From a virus (Duplodnaviria; Heunggongvirae; Uroviricota; Caudoviricetes): a stretch of 64,000 nucleotides of DNA. Both the position numbers and the translations under genes were made by a program. The notes beneath the pieces are model-generated. The model made no database searches, was not told the DNA's origin, and saw only the letters and a program-made list of their open reading frames with translations. The stretch lies in the IMG/VR virus record IMGVR_UViG_3300035698_011431, positions 1-64,000 of that record; one strand, 5' to 3'. Below are positions 9,142 through 19,562 of this stretch, one piece after another (the stretch's first letter is position 1; every line of letters starts with the position of its first letter).

Positions 9142-11709
9142 GTGGCAACTTCAGTCTCAAAACTCAAAACTGTCCTTACAGCAGAAGATAAAGCGTCGGC
9201 AGTCTTTAAAAAGATGGCCGGCAGTATGAAAAAAATGGGGAAGTCGGCAGCTCTTGCAGGGGCTGCAGTTGCTGCAGGTATTGGAGCTGGCCTTTTGTTT
9301 TCAATAAAGAAAGCTGCTGATTTTGAAAAGGCAATGAATAGGGTTGGAGCAATTACGGGAGCAACAGGGAAAGAGTTTGAGGCATTAAGAAAAGAAGCAA
9401 AACTCCTTGGAATAACAACTGCGTTCTCGGCAACACAAGCTGCTGAAGGAATGCAAGCATTAGCACAAAAAGGATTTACTACTACGCAGGTAATAGCATC
9501 CATGAAAGGTGTTCTTGATTTGGCAGCGGGATCACAAATGGAAGTTGGAGAAACTGCTGAAATCGCTGCTGGTATTTTAAATACTTTCAATTTATCAGCA
9601 TCAAATTCACAACGAGTAATGGATAGCTTAGCATTTGCATCTATAAATTCAGGCTCAAATGTAAGGGAATTTGGGGAAGCTATGAAGTTTGTAGGTCCCG
9701 CAGCTCAGTCATTAGGAGTCCCAATGGAAGAAGTTATAGCAGCATTAGGAGTTTTAGGAGATAGATCAATCACGGGATCGTTAGCTGGTACTGCTTTAGG
9801 GTCTTCAATGACAAGACTAGCAAAACCAACTAAGGCTATGGGTGTTGAAATGAAAAAGCTAGGAGTTGATTTTTTTGATGCAGACGGAGAATTTGTGGGG
9901 ATACAAGGGACTGTTTCACAACTAGAAAAAGCATTTGTAGGTTTAACTAGTGAACAAAAAGCAGCGGCAATTTCTACAATATTTGGAGCAAGAGCAGTAA
10001 AACAATGGTCAACATTAGTAGATGCAGGAGCAGGGAAACTAGGAGCATTTACAAAAGAGATAGAAGGATCTTCTGGTGCGGCTGATAGACTTGCCAAGGG
10101 ACAATTGAAGGGTTTGTCTGGAGCATTAACAATCTTAAAATCAGGACTTGAAGGAGCAGCGATAGCAGTGGGGGATAAAATCAATCCAAGTCTTTTAAGG
10201 ATGACAGAAAAATTTCAGAAACTATTCCAACCGACTGAATCTTTTGGAACAGCATTAGCGAAAATATCCGGCAAATCATTGGAAGAACTTAATGACGCAA
10301 TGACTCCTGAACAAGTTGATGCTTTTGGTCAAGCATGGAAATTAGCAGGAGATGATGTTGATGAATTCAATGCGGTTTTAAATGAATTAGGGCAAGGAGA
10401 TGTAATAGATGGATTTGATGAACTAGGGATTGGAATAGAAGATATTATGCAAAGCTTTTCAGCAGCAGATGAATCATTAAGTCCTTTTGAAACAGGGCTT
10501 AATAAAATAATGGAATCCTTTAAGTCTTTGCAAGAAATTATAATTCCATTCATTCCAAGCATAGAAGATGTTCGAAATGCGTTTATTAGTATAGGAGAAA
10601 ATCCTCAAGTGATAGCATTTTTTGAAGCTTTAAAAACTCAATTCTTTGCGTTTATAGAAATAGTCACACCTCTTGGACAAAAGTTAATGGAAATAGGACA
10701 GGTAGTGATTCCTTTACTTGGAGAAATGATAGTATTTTTAATGGAGAAGTTTGTAGAGATACAGCCTACATTGGAATCATTATTAGAAGTATGGGGAAGA
10801 GTTTGGGGATTAATTCTAGATGCAAATTTAGTCTTTGTAGAATGGTTTAAGAATGAAGCATGGCCAATAATACAGCAGGTTATTAATGACATAATCACTA
10901 ATTGGGAATTGTTATGGACTGTCTTGCAACCAATTATTACAAATATGGTTAATTTTATTAGAGAGAATTGGGATACAATTAAGAATTATATAGAGGGGAT
11001 ATTAAACGTAATCCTTGGCATTTTTGAAACCGTATGGGCGTTTATTTCCGGTAACATTAAAATATTTTTAGCAGTAATTCAAGGTGATTGGAGTGGTGCT
11101 ATGGATGCAATGAAAGAAATGAATAGTAGGGTATGGGAAGGAATAAAAAGGATAATAAGTGGGGCATGGGAGGCTATAAAAGCATTCTTCTCATTACATT
11201 TAGCGAATATACAGAAGGGATGGAGTTCGGCATGGGATAAGATAAAAGCAACATTAGCTGACATATGGGGAGGAATAAAAGAAAAAGTAAGGGATGGCGT
11301 GGAAAACATAGTGGGCTTCTTTACTGATTTGCCAAGTAAACTAGTAGCGGGATTGTCAGGATTAGGGGCAAAACTAGGCAACAAGTTGAAGTCTGAATTA
11401 AAAGAAGCTTCCGGCCCAATTGGAGGAGCGGTATCTGGGATTGTAGGGTTGTTCAATAAAAATCAATCAGGTACAACTTTTTCGCCAGGTGGGCCGACAC
11501 TTGTAGGTGAACAAGGACCTGAATTAGTTAACCTTCCAAGGGGATCAAAGGTAACTCCGAATACAAGAGCTCAAAGAACTATTGATAATTCAAAAAGTGG
11601 AAACACTGTAGTTTTTAATATTTCCGGTGCTGATCCTCGTTCAATAGCTCAAGAAGTAAAAGCAATATTAGATAGAGATTTAGAATTAAGCTCAAAAGCA
11701 GTAGCATAA
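9142..11709 (+). CDS. tail tape measure protein (GTG start)
   Basis: 855 aa, Ala/Gly-rich helical N-terminus, long W/I-rich repeat region, position. Confidence 0.85.
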   Translation: MATSVSKLKTVLTAEDKASAVFKKMAGSMKKMGKSAALAGAAVAAGIGAGLLFSIKKAADFEKAMNRVGAITGATGKEFEALRKEAKLLGITTAFSATQAAEGMQALAQKGFTTTQVIASMKGVLDLAAGSQMEVGETAEIAAGILNTFNLSASNSQRVMDSLAFASINSGSNVREFGEAMKFVGPAAQSLGVPMEEVIAALGVLGDRSITGSLAGTALGSSMTRLAKPTKAMGVEMKKLGVDFFDADGEFVGIQGTVSQLEKAFVGLTSEQKAAAISTIFGARAVKQWSTLVDAGAGKLGAFTKEIEGSSGAADRLAKGQLKGLSGALTILKSGLEGAAIAVGDKINPSLLRMTEKFQKLFQPTESFGTALAKISGKSLEELNDAMTPEQVDAFGQAWKLAGDDVDEFNAVLNELGQGDVIDGFDELGIGIEDIMQSFSAADESLSPFETGLNKIMESFKSLQEIIIPFIPSIEDVRNAFISIGENPQVIAFFEALKTQFFAFIEIVTPLGQKLMEIGQVVIPLLGEMIVFLMEKFVEIQPTLESLLEVWGRVWGLILDANLVFVEWFKNEAWPIIQQVINDIITNWELLWTVLQPIITNMVNFIRENWDTIKNYIEGILNVILGIFETVWAFISGNIKIFLAVIQGDWSGAMDAMKEMNSRVWEGIKRIISGAWEAIKAFFSLHLANIQKGWSSAWDKIKATLADIWGGIKEKVRDGVENIVGFFTDLPSKLVAGLSGLGAKLGNKLKSELKEASGPIGGAVSGIVGLFNKNQSGTTFSPGGPTLVGEQGPELVNLPRGSKVTPNTRAQRTIDNSKSGNTVVFNISGADPRSIAQEVKAILDRDLELSSKAVA

Positions 11710-11713
11710 ACAA

Positions 11714-12475
11714 ATGGCAAGGACATCAGTAACATTCGATGGAGTAAGTTTACAAACGGCTAATATTATAGCTAGTCGTATAGCACATGAAAGCTATGAA
11801 AACAGGAATCTTTTAGTTCAAGAATTAGGAAATAGAGATGGGGGAAAATTAGTTCAAGAAAGAAGGACTCCAAAGTTTGTACAAATAGAAGGACATTTAA
11901 AATATGATACTCAAGATTTATTAGATGCAGCAATGGATGCTTTGAAAAAGACTTTAAATATACAGGAAGCTAATTTAGATATTTCTTTCGGAGGAGAAAT
12001 AAGACGATATAAAGCTACATTAACAAAGGCAGTTTTACCAAGGGAGCATTTCAATATTAACTGGATTCCTTTTGAACTTGAATTTGAGATTCCAGAAGGG
12101 TTTGGAAAAGATACTACTATCTCATCAGATTCAACAGTAGATGCAGTTGCAACAGTGGACAGAACAATAGATGTAGGAGGAACTTTAGCTCCAAAACCTA
12201 CAATAACCATAACTATAAACTCCGAAACAAATTTAAATAGATTCATAGTCAAAAACGTTACAACTAATAGATCTATGACAGTGGAGAAAGCTTATGATAC
12301 TGATACTCTTGTAATAAATATGGATACAAATGAGGTAACTGTTAATGCTGTTAATCAAGAATATACTGGAGTTTTCCCTGAATTCGTTTTAGGGAATAAT
12401 AATTATACAATCACGCCTAATGCAACAGCAGTGGACATGGATGTAACTGTTTCATATACGGCAACTTATTTGTAA
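11714..12475 (+). CDS. distal tail protein (Dit)
   Basis: 253 aa immediately after TMP. Confidence 0.55.
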   Translation: MARTSVTFDGVSLQTANIIASRIAHESYENRNLLVQELGNRDGGKLVQERRTPKFVQIEGHLKYDTQDLLDAAMDALKKTLNIQEANLDISFGGEIRRYKATLTKAVLPREHFNINWIPFELEFEIPEGFGKDTTISSDSTVDAVATVDRTIDVGGTLAPKPTITITINSETNLNRFIVKNVTTNRSMTVEKAYDTDTLVINMDTNEVTVNAVNQEYTGVFPEFVLGNNNYTITPNATAVDMDVTVSYTATYL

Positions 12476-14829
12476 TGGCTTTACGAAGAACAATCACAAT
12501 TGATAATACCAAAGTTAGTGGGGGTTCAAACCTTACTGATTTTAGGATGTTATTTAAAGGGACTGAAACGTGGTTAAAAACTAAGTCTAATGGTGGAGAT
12601 GTTGAGAATGTAGGAGGGTTTGATTTAATATTCTGGGCTGATTCAAATAGATCAACTCAATTAGATCATGAAATAGTGAATTATGATGGGGTTAATGGAA
12701 CATTTATAGCATGGGTAAGAATTCCAACTTTAAAAGCAGCTTCTGATACGGATATATATTTATCTTATGGAGATAATACAATATCCTCATCGCAAGAAAA
12801 TGTAACGAGTGTATGGGGAACTGCTTATGAAGTTGTATACCATGGCAAGAATTCAACAACGACTACCATAGCTGATAGTACTTCCAAGGCAAGGTTAGCA
12901 ACTAAATTTGGTGTAGGAGAACCGGTAGAAGCAACAGGTCAAATATATAAAGGCCAAAATTTTGATGGTGTAGATGACATAATAACAGTACCTTCAATGT
13001 CCTTGGATATGACTACGTTATCAATGACATGGTCAGCATGGATTAATATTACCTATGTAGCGCCGAATCCAGCATATGCTAACTACCAGATAATGTCATT
13101 ATGGCCTCTAGTTGGAATGCTATTAGTAAATAATGCGGGTGTAAACTATAAGATAGGAGGTTGGGCGGCTTCTAATGCAACAGCATCGGGAGCGGCTAGT
13201 TATGGAGCATGGCATCACGTAGCAGTAGCTTATCAAGGAGCAGGTAGTAATAGTCGAATAACTTATATAGATGGCGTGGCGACCGGAACAGACACCTCAG
13301 GGTCAGTATTTGCATGGGGCGGTGTTCAGAAGATTGGGGAAAATCCTTATACGGCAGTTCCAACGGGAACTATTGAAGAAGTGAGGATGAAGAAAGACCA
13401 AACTTCTGTAGGATGGTTGTTGACTAGATTTAATAATGAAAATGATCCGTCAACTTTTTATGGGATACAAGATGCAGTAGATTTAAGTGCCGCAGCAGGA
13501 ACTTTAAGAAAGAAATACTTTTATAGGTTATATGATGTAAATAGAACCTATCTAGGGAATTTAGATGATACGGTAGTAACGACTGAGCCAGGTTTTACAT
13601 GGGCTGTTAATTCAGGAATGGGTAGTCATGCATTGGGAATTGCTACAACATTAGATGGAGCCGCAGCTACTGATTTAATTAATGGAGAGATACCGGCAGG
13701 GGAAGTAGTAACTAGATGGGATGATATATATCAATGGGATGCAGCCGATTCATTTTGGGATAAAAGTCCCGGAACAATTACTGAAGTTCATGGAGTAGAT
13801 GCTTATGTAGTAGATGCGGATGATCCTACAGGAAAGATAGTGTTTAGTGGAATATTAAAGAAACCAGAACAGTTTGTAAGCAATTCAGGAAATGAAGGAT
13901 TAACATGGAATCTTTATTCATGGGTAACCGAAATGACGGCTACAATATATGAAGATTCTAGTAATAACACAACAATAACCCATACAAACACAGATCCTTC
14001 TGCCATGTTAAAGGATGTGATAGATAGATTTAATGCTAAGAAAAATTATTTTACATACGATTCCGATTCAATTCAGAATACAGGATTAAGTATAACTTAC
14101 ACATTCAAATATGTTACTTGCAAAGAAGCATTAGATAAGATCATAGAATTATGCCCTAATAACTGGGTTTATTATCTAGACGCAGACAGGAAATTCCATT
14201 TATTCCAAGCAGATACAGCAGCACCTACACATGTTCTAAATTTGGGAGTGGAATTTAATGAATGGAATGGATCAATAGATCGAAGCAATATAGTAAATAA
14301 GATTTATTTTAAAGGTGGAGATACTGGAGGGGGAAGTGATTTATATAAACTATATCAAAGAGCTGGATCAATAGCTTTATATGGAGAGCAAGAAATAACA
14401 CTAACAGATTCAAGGGTAACAATAGCAGCTACAGCAGAGCAAAAAGCAAATAGGATCTTAAATGAAAGAGAGGCGCCTGTGAAAGAGATTAGTTTATTTG
14501 TTCCAGACAGCAATTCAAATCTAGGAGAGTTAAAGGGATATGACATAGAAAGTTTTAAACCGGGAGATTCGGTAGAAGCAAGAAATCCTGCAATAAGTAC
14601 AAATATAACAAAGTGGGATTCAACCTTTAACTGGGATGAGGCTTATTGGGATGCAACACCTAATGCTTTATTCGGAATTCCATTATTCATAAATGGAATA
14701 GGTTATACAAGCACTGGTGCTCAATTAACATTGAAAACGGGAGTACCTACATTTGCAAAGAGACAAAAAGATATAGAGAGGAACCTTGTGGATGAACAAT
14801 CCCTTACTATTCCAGCACAACCATCATAA
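12475..14829 (+). CDS. tail-associated baseplate protein (Tal-like), possibly receptor-binding at C-terminus
   Basis: 784 aa after Dit; start overlaps Dit stop. Confidence 0.55.
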   Translation: MALRRTITIDNTKVSGGSNLTDFRMLFKGTETWLKTKSNGGDVENVGGFDLIFWADSNRSTQLDHEIVNYDGVNGTFIAWVRIPTLKAASDTDIYLSYGDNTISSSQENVTSVWGTAYEVVYHGKNSTTTTIADSTSKARLATKFGVGEPVEATGQIYKGQNFDGVDDIITVPSMSLDMTTLSMTWSAWINITYVAPNPAYANYQIMSLWPLVGMLLVNNAGVNYKIGGWAASNATASGAASYGAWHHVAVAYQGAGSNSRITYIDGVATGTDTSGSVFAWGGVQKIGENPYTAVPTGTIEEVRMKKDQTSVGWLLTRFNNENDPSTFYGIQDAVDLSAAAGTLRKKYFYRLYDVNRTYLGNLDDTVVTTEPGFTWAVNSGMGSHALGIATTLDGAAATDLINGEIPAGEVVTRWDDIYQWDAADSFWDKSPGTITEVHGVDAYVVDADDPTGKIVFSGILKKPEQFVSNSGNEGLTWNLYSWVTEMTATIYEDSSNNTTITHTNTDPSAMLKDVIDRFNAKKNYFTYDSDSIQNTGLSITYTFKYVTCKEALDKIIELCPNNWVYYLDADRKFHLFQADTAAPTHVLNLGVEFNEWNGSIDRSNIVNKIYFKGGDTGGGSDLYKLYQRAGSIALYGEQEITLTDSRVTIAATAEQKANRILNEREAPVKEISLFVPDSNSNLGELKGYDIESFKPGDSVEARNPAISTNITKWDSTFNWDEAYWDATPNALFGIPLFINGIGYTSTGAQLTLKTGVPTFAKRQKDIERNLVDEQSLTIPAQPS

Positions 14830-14861
14830 TCAATTAATCAATTAATTAATTTAATAAAAAA

Positions 14862-15377
14862 ATGAGTAATAATATAAGTTCAAATACATTTTCATCTGCT
14901 ACCCAGATAAAATCAGCAGAAGTAAACACAAACTTTACCGACCAAGCAGAATTAATAAATGCTAAGGCTTTAGTCAACTTAACATCGGATCAAAGCATAG
15001 CAACTGGAACGGAAACTTTGTTAGCTTTTGCAACTGAAATATACGACCCAGGAAGCAACTTTGATAATACAGGTGGTAACTATAGCTTTACAGCTCCTGT
15101 AACAGGATATTATTGGATCAATCTACAAGCTAGGGTAAACACTTTAACAAATGCAAAATTCAATTCAGTAAGAATAAAGAATAATAGTACAGTTATAGCT
15201 CAACAGGAAAGATATGCATCGGCAAATGTGAGTACATCTTCAAGTGTGAGTATTGTTTATCTGTTAACAGCAACAGATGTATTACAATTTTATGAAGCAC
15301 ATGATAACGGTTCAAACAGAGATGTAGAAGCTGATGGAATAGCAACATGGGCTAATATTCATCTATTAAGTACATGA
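14862..15377 (+). CDS. putative tail fibre / receptor-binding protein
   Basis: 171 aa, S/T/N-rich, beta-rich C-terminus, position after Tal. Confidence 0.3.
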   Translation: MSNNISSNTFSSATQIKSAEVNTNFTDQAELINAKALVNLTSDQSIATGTETLLAFATEIYDPGSNFDNTGGNYSFTAPVTGYYWINLQARVNTLTNAKFNSVRIKNNSTVIAQQERYASANVSTSSSVSIVYLLTATDVLQFYEAHDNGSNRDVEADGIATWANIHLLST

Positions 15378-15859
15378 TAAGATTCACCTGCTTACAATGT
15401 AATAAGGTTTATAACTTCGAAAACCTAAGAGCTATGAATAGCTTCAGGAAGACTTATCATATTGTAAGTGAGAAAGGGAATAAGACGAGGAATGCAGTAT
15501 GTTCTACTTGTTATTCGGATCTATTTAATCGAGATGGAAGCATTAAGAGTCGTACAGAGGTTGTAGCTCTATACGTTAAGTCAGGGGGAATAGAAGAAAA
15601 CTTCCAGGCAATGGATTGGGATGAAACTGAAATGGATTATAAAATAATCAAAGGAACGATTGAAAATGTCCAATTAAAAGCTAAAGTAGTGAGGGCATTT
15701 TCTCCTGCACAACAGGTTGTAACGGCTAACTTAAGGGGGATATTATATAACAGAGTAATTAATGATCTATATGAAGCAGGTTGTTCATTACAAGAGATTA
15801 GAGACGCCAGGAACGCTGGTCACCCATCTTTGGTAGATTTAATCAGAACATATTTATAA
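15374..15859 (+). CDS. hypothetical protein (Cys-containing N-terminus)
   Basis: 161 aa ORF overlapping neighbours by 4 nt. Confidence 0.35.
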   Translation: MIRFTCLQCNKVYNFENLRAMNSFRKTYHIVSEKGNKTRNAVCSTCYSDLFNRDGSIKSRTEVVALYVKSGGIEENFQAMDWDETEMDYKIIKGTIENVQLKAKVVRAFSPAQQVVTANLRGILYNRVINDLYEAGCSLQEIRDARNAGHPSLVDLIRTYL

Positions 15860-16206
15860 TGGACATAGAATTAATCAATAAAATAGGGTGGCAGGCAGCG
15901 AGCTTTGTTGTGACACTTTTGTTGTTAGTATGGATAGTTAAAAAAGCTTTTTCTATGATGGATAAACAACATAAAGATCATAGGGAAGACAGAAGAATGG
16001 ATGGGGAAAAAATAGAAAAGATAAGTGATGAATTTACAGTAGCACTCAAGGATATTAGTGTGGAAGCTAAAAAAGGACATGATAAAGTACAAGCTCAATT
16101 GAACAGAATAGAAGATTATTCCAGTAAAACCTATTCAAATTTAACAAACCTAAAAGATAATACAGATCGTATAATTCATAATAAAGACTATGATAAAAAA
16201 GTTTAA
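15859..16206 (+). CDS. putative holin / lysis membrane protein
   Basis: 115 aa with one N-terminal TM (AASFVVTLLLLVWIV) then charged coiled-coil; directly upstream of endolysin. Confidence 0.3.
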   Translation: MDIELINKIGWQAASFVVTLLLLVWIVKKAFSMMDKQHKDHREDRRMDGEKIEKISDEFTVALKDISVEAKKGHDKVQAQLNRIEDYSSKTYSNLTNLKDNTDRIIHNKDYDKKV

Positions 16207-16981
16207 AAGAGGGACCAAAGAATTCCCTAAAAGTTGGGAGATATATTATATGCACCCCTATGAGTATGATTGCCCTTGTGGTTGTTCGCCTACTCCAATT
16301 GATAAAGGACTTGTACAGAAAGACGATGTAATGAGGGATAGTGCAGGACATCCATTAATTATAACAAGTGGACATAGATGTAAGAAACACAACTCTACTA
16401 TTAAGGGAGCCGCTTCAAACTCTCAACATATCTATGGAAAAGCTTCTGATAAAAAGATACCTGGAATAACTATAGGACAATTGCACAACCTTACAGAAAG
16501 GCTTGGCTATAATGGGATAGGATATTATACAAATAGAATACATGGGGACGTAAGAAGTAAGAAAGCTAAATGGAATCTTCCCCTAAGAAAGACTACTAAC
16601 AAGCCTATTACAATTAAAGATGATCAAATGTATAAAAAGAAATTTGAGTTCATGGATAAGGAATATAAACGTTTAGAGAAAACATACTTTAAAAGACAAG
16701 CTCAATTAGAAAAAAAGACAATTGAAGTTCTTGAATTAAAAGAAGAGATAACGGATCAACAAATAGAAATAACAGATTTGAATATAGAAGTAGATAAATG
16801 TAGGGCATTTGTAGATGACCAGGCAAAAGAGATAACACGTCTTAGAGGATTAGAAGAAGAAAGGGAAGAAGAAGAGAAAGAAAAGGAAGAAGAGGAGGAG
16901 GAGAAAAACAATAATGATACTAAACGTGTATCATTAATAGAATTTATAACTAATTTATTTAAAAAGAATGATAAAGATTAA
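16190..16981 (+). CDS. endolysin, peptidase M15 (L-Ala-D-Glu / VanY-like) catalytic domain + C-terminal coiled-coil/acidic region
   Basis: ITSGHRCKKHNSTIKGAASNSQHIYGKASD matches the SGYR...H...GGA.NSQH...A.D zinc-peptidase signature of phage M15 endolysins. Confidence 0.75.
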   Translation: MIKKFKRGTKEFPKSWEIYYMHPYEYDCPCGCSPTPIDKGLVQKDDVMRDSAGHPLIITSGHRCKKHNSTIKGAASNSQHIYGKASDKKIPGITIGQLHNLTERLGYNGIGYYTNRIHGDVRSKKAKWNLPLRKTTNKPITIKDDQMYKKKFEFMDKEYKRLEKTYFKRQAQLEKKTIEVLELKEEITDQQIEITDLNIEVDKCRAFVDDQAKEITRLRGLEEEREEEEKEKEEEEEEKNNNDTKRVSLIEFITNLFKKNDKD

Positions 16982-17180
16982 GGAGTATTTAGCTAATCAT
17001 CCTCAAATAGAAAGAAGGTTTTGTTCGTTTATGTGGAGGTTTCTTCCAGCAGTAAGTTTATTTGCAATAGGATTCTTAACAGATTGGATTGACTCTGAAT
17101 TTAAAGAAGAGACCACAATTATGTTAGTGATCTCTTATCTATTAAATGAAGTTACAAAGTATCTTAATAAAAAGACTTAG
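16968..17180 (+). CDS. small membrane protein (lysis accessory?)
   Basis: 70 aa, one TM (FLPAVSLFAIGFL). Confidence 0.3.
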   Translation: MIKIKEYLANHPQIERRFCSFMWRFLPAVSLFAIGFLTDWIDSEFKEETTIMLVISYLLNEVTKYLNKKT

Positions 17181-17998
17181 CTTTTGATATCAATAAATGG
17201 GATTGCTCCACCTGTATATAATGGCATTACTCCATTCCATTTTTTAATTGATTCGTATTCGTTTTCAATCCTTCTCAGTTCTAGGATATCAGGGTTAGCT
17301 TGAAGAGCAGAAGCTTCTATTCTTATAGCTTCTGATTTACCTCTAGCTGCTTCTATCTTTTGATCTGATTGATATTTTACTTTCTCTAGTCTATTCTTTT
17401 CAGCTTCTGCTTCCTGAACTGCGGTTACTTTCGCTTCAATTGCTAGATCGAATTGTTCCGAGAATTGGAAGTTTACAAGTCTAACTTGTTCTACTTCGAT
17501 AAAGTCAGTTTCGATTCTTGATTTTACAGCTTCTTTAATCTCTTTATTAACTTCATCTCTTTTAGTTATCAATTCAGTTGCTGTAAATTTTGCTGTAACT
17601 GATTTTACACCTTCCTGTAATGCCGGCATAATAATTTTCCCTACATATTCTTCCTCGTCTCCAATTTTCTGATATAATTTATTTACTTTTTTAGCATCTG
17701 CCCTATAGTTTATAGCTACTGTTAGTTGAACATCTTGAAGATCAAGACTAGCCGCATCGGCAAGTTTTTCTTCTTTTTGAGTCCTTACATTCATCTTCTT
17801 AATCTTTTGTACGAAAGGAATCTTAAAGTGAACCCCTTCATCTAGAACTCTTTCTGATACTGCTCCAAATGTCATTAATACACCACGTTCCCCTGCTCTT
17901 ACTACACGCACACTTGCAAACAATAATATGATGATGGCAATAATGATTGATCCAGCCCATACTAATCGCTTGATTGTTTTTGACGATAATTCGTCCAT
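17177..17998 (-). CDS. SPFH / band-7 (stomatin/prohibitin-like) membrane protein
   Basis: 273 aa; N-terminal TM then RVVRAGERGVLMTFGAVSERVLDEGVHFKIPFVQKI, the hallmark SPFH start; C-terminal coiled-coil. Confidence 0.8.
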   Translation of the reverse strand: MDELSSKTIKRLVWAGSIIIAIIILLFASVRVVRAGERGVLMTFGAVSERVLDEGVHFKIPFVQKIKKMNVRTQKEEKLADAASLDLQDVQLTVAINYRADAKKVNKLYQKIGDEEEYVGKIIMPALQEGVKSVTAKFTATELITKRDEVNKEIKEAVKSRIETDFIEVEQVRLVNFQFSEQFDLAIEAKVTAVQEAEAEKNRLEKVKYQSDQKIEAARGKSEAIRIEASALQANPDILELRRIENEYESIKKWNGVMPLYTGGAIPFIDIKS

Positions 17999-18026
17999 AT
18001 ATTTTTTTCTTAATTATAATATAACT

Positions 18027-18452
18027 TCATTTAATTTTTTCTAGTAATAACATCCTTTCAATAGTAAGTGTTTGGATTTGAGGGGTAATATCTTCTACTC
18101 TTTGTGTATTTATCATTAGCTTAGCAGCGTTATCTTGAGCAGCATCGACAATCATTTCCCCACAAATTAATATCCCTTGATCTTTTAATCCTATAAGCTT
18201 AGTATCAACTTTAATTAATTCATTGTAACTATCTTCTTTCTTACATACTTCTTTCTCTACAATTTTCTCAACTTCCACTACCTTTTCTACTTCTTTCTCA
18301 ACCTCTACTTCTTTGATTTCAGGTTCTACTTCTTCTGGAGTAGGGGATATACCTACAAGTATTCCAAATATAAATACAAAGAATGCAAATCCTAATATTA
18401 CCACCCAAAACTCTGGCATTTTGAATGTATCTTTTAACTTATTAAAGTCCAT
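18027..18452 (-). CDS. NfeD-like membrane protein (putative SPFH partner)
   Basis: 141 aa, N-terminal TM, E/K/V repeat linker, C-terminal beta-rich domain; immediately upstream of SPFH gene on same strand. Confidence 0.35.
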   Translation of the reverse strand: MDFNKLKDTFKMPEFWVVILGFAFFVFIFGILVGISPTPEEVEPEIKEVEVEKEVEKVVEVEKIVEKEVCKKEDSYNELIKVDTKLIGLKDQGILICGEMIVDAAQDNAAKLMINTQRVEDITPQIQTLTIERMLLLEKIK

Positions 18453-18478
18453 GTTTTTTAACTAATTAATTATAATTA

Positions 18479-18823
18479 TTAACAATCTTCTATAGGATGG
18501 AATTCATCATCTATCTGACAACCAACTGCATAGCCAGGTAATTCTCCTGGGATACTTAACTCTTGAGATTCTGGTTCTATAGGTTGTTCCACTCTTCCCC
18601 ATTCCTTACTCATAATAGATAGATCTAAAACGTTAACTATCCCATCTCCATTGATATCAGCTATCTCATCATCCGATCCCCATTTCTTTCCTATGTATTC
18701 AAGATCAAATACATTAACTTCACCATCATTGTTTAGATCGCTTTGTAGTGCAGCATACACTGTATAAGAAGTGAATACTGTAAAGGTTGCTATTATTACT
18801 ATTGCTATTTTAATTTTGTTCAT
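18479..18823 (-). CDS. secreted protein with a dockerin type-I-like domain
   Basis: signal peptide then two Ca-binding repeats DLNNDGEVNVFDL and DINGDGIVNVLDL (D-x-N-x-D-G-x-V-N-x-x-D), the dockerin signature. Confidence 0.7.
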   Translation of the reverse strand: MNKIKIAIVIIATFTVFTSYTVYAALQSDLNNDGEVNVFDLEYIGKKWGSDDEIADINGDGIVNVLDLSIMSKEWGRVEQPIEPESQELSIPGELPGYAVGCQIDDEFHPIEDC

Positions 18824-18831
18824 TTGTTTTT

Positions 18832-18927
18832 TTATTAATTTAATCTTTTTTTTATTATAAAGAATACAATACTCGTAGTAATCGTTCCTATTATATCTCC
18901 GATTATTATTCCTAGTTCAAAGCTCAT
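18832..18927 (-). CDS. small hydrophobic peptide, copy 1 (MSFELGIIIGDIIGTITTSIVFFIIKK...)
   Basis: ~31-aa ORF lying in a 75-bp direct repeat (18853-18927 / 19645-19719). Confidence 0.35.
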
Positions 18928-19114
18928 TCCTTTATAATTTATTATATACAAATCATAATTATTTGTTTTCTGTTTTATCTTTTGGCCTAGATTTGTTTTT
19001 ATACAAGTTATCCAATAACTCTATCGCCTCATCCAATTCCACTACATTCCTACTCATGTCAAAAATTTTACAATACAACTTTTGATATTCCATTTTTCTG
19101 TTATTTCCCATTTT

Positions 19115-19399
19115 TTAAATTGTTAAAAGCTTTGCCATTTTCTCACTTTCTTCTTTTGCTTTATTTATCCCTTTTTCCGTTACACTTACATCTCTTCTAC
19201 TTTCCATCCTTTTGTTGTTATTATACTCGTCTATATCATTTACCATTTGTCCAAACCTTTTATAATATCCTTTCGTCTCTCCCATAATCATATGTCCTTT
19301 TACAAATTTCCCTGTTTTCATGTCAATTGCACCTTCTTCTTTTGGAGTTATATCTAGTACATTTTTCATGTTTATATAATTACTTTTAATATATTTCAA
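19115..19399 (-). CDS. hypothetical protein
   Basis: 94-aa ORF between the two small-peptide copies. Confidence 0.35.
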   Translation of the reverse strand: MKYIKSNYINMKNVLDITPKEEGAIDMKTGKFVKGHMIMGETKGYYKRFGQMVNDIDEYNNNKRMESRRDVSVTEKGINKAKEESEKMAKLLTI

Positions 19400-19562
19400 T
19401 TATACCATATGGATAGTTGTTGTCAACCCCTTAATCTTGTTTATTCATCATGTCTTTCAAGGTATAATATCTTTCTTTTTTCTTTTTTAATATTTTCTTT
19501 CTATTTTTCTTATAGCTTTTACGTTGTGATTTTCTACAAACTTCACGACGTTTATTTAAATC

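Noticed and set aside
9132-9590. antisense ORFs opposite the tape-measure gene (also 9705..10184, 10329..10562, 10638..10898, 11079..11456)
   Set aside because: all lie inside a confidently assigned long sense gene; no starts with supporting context
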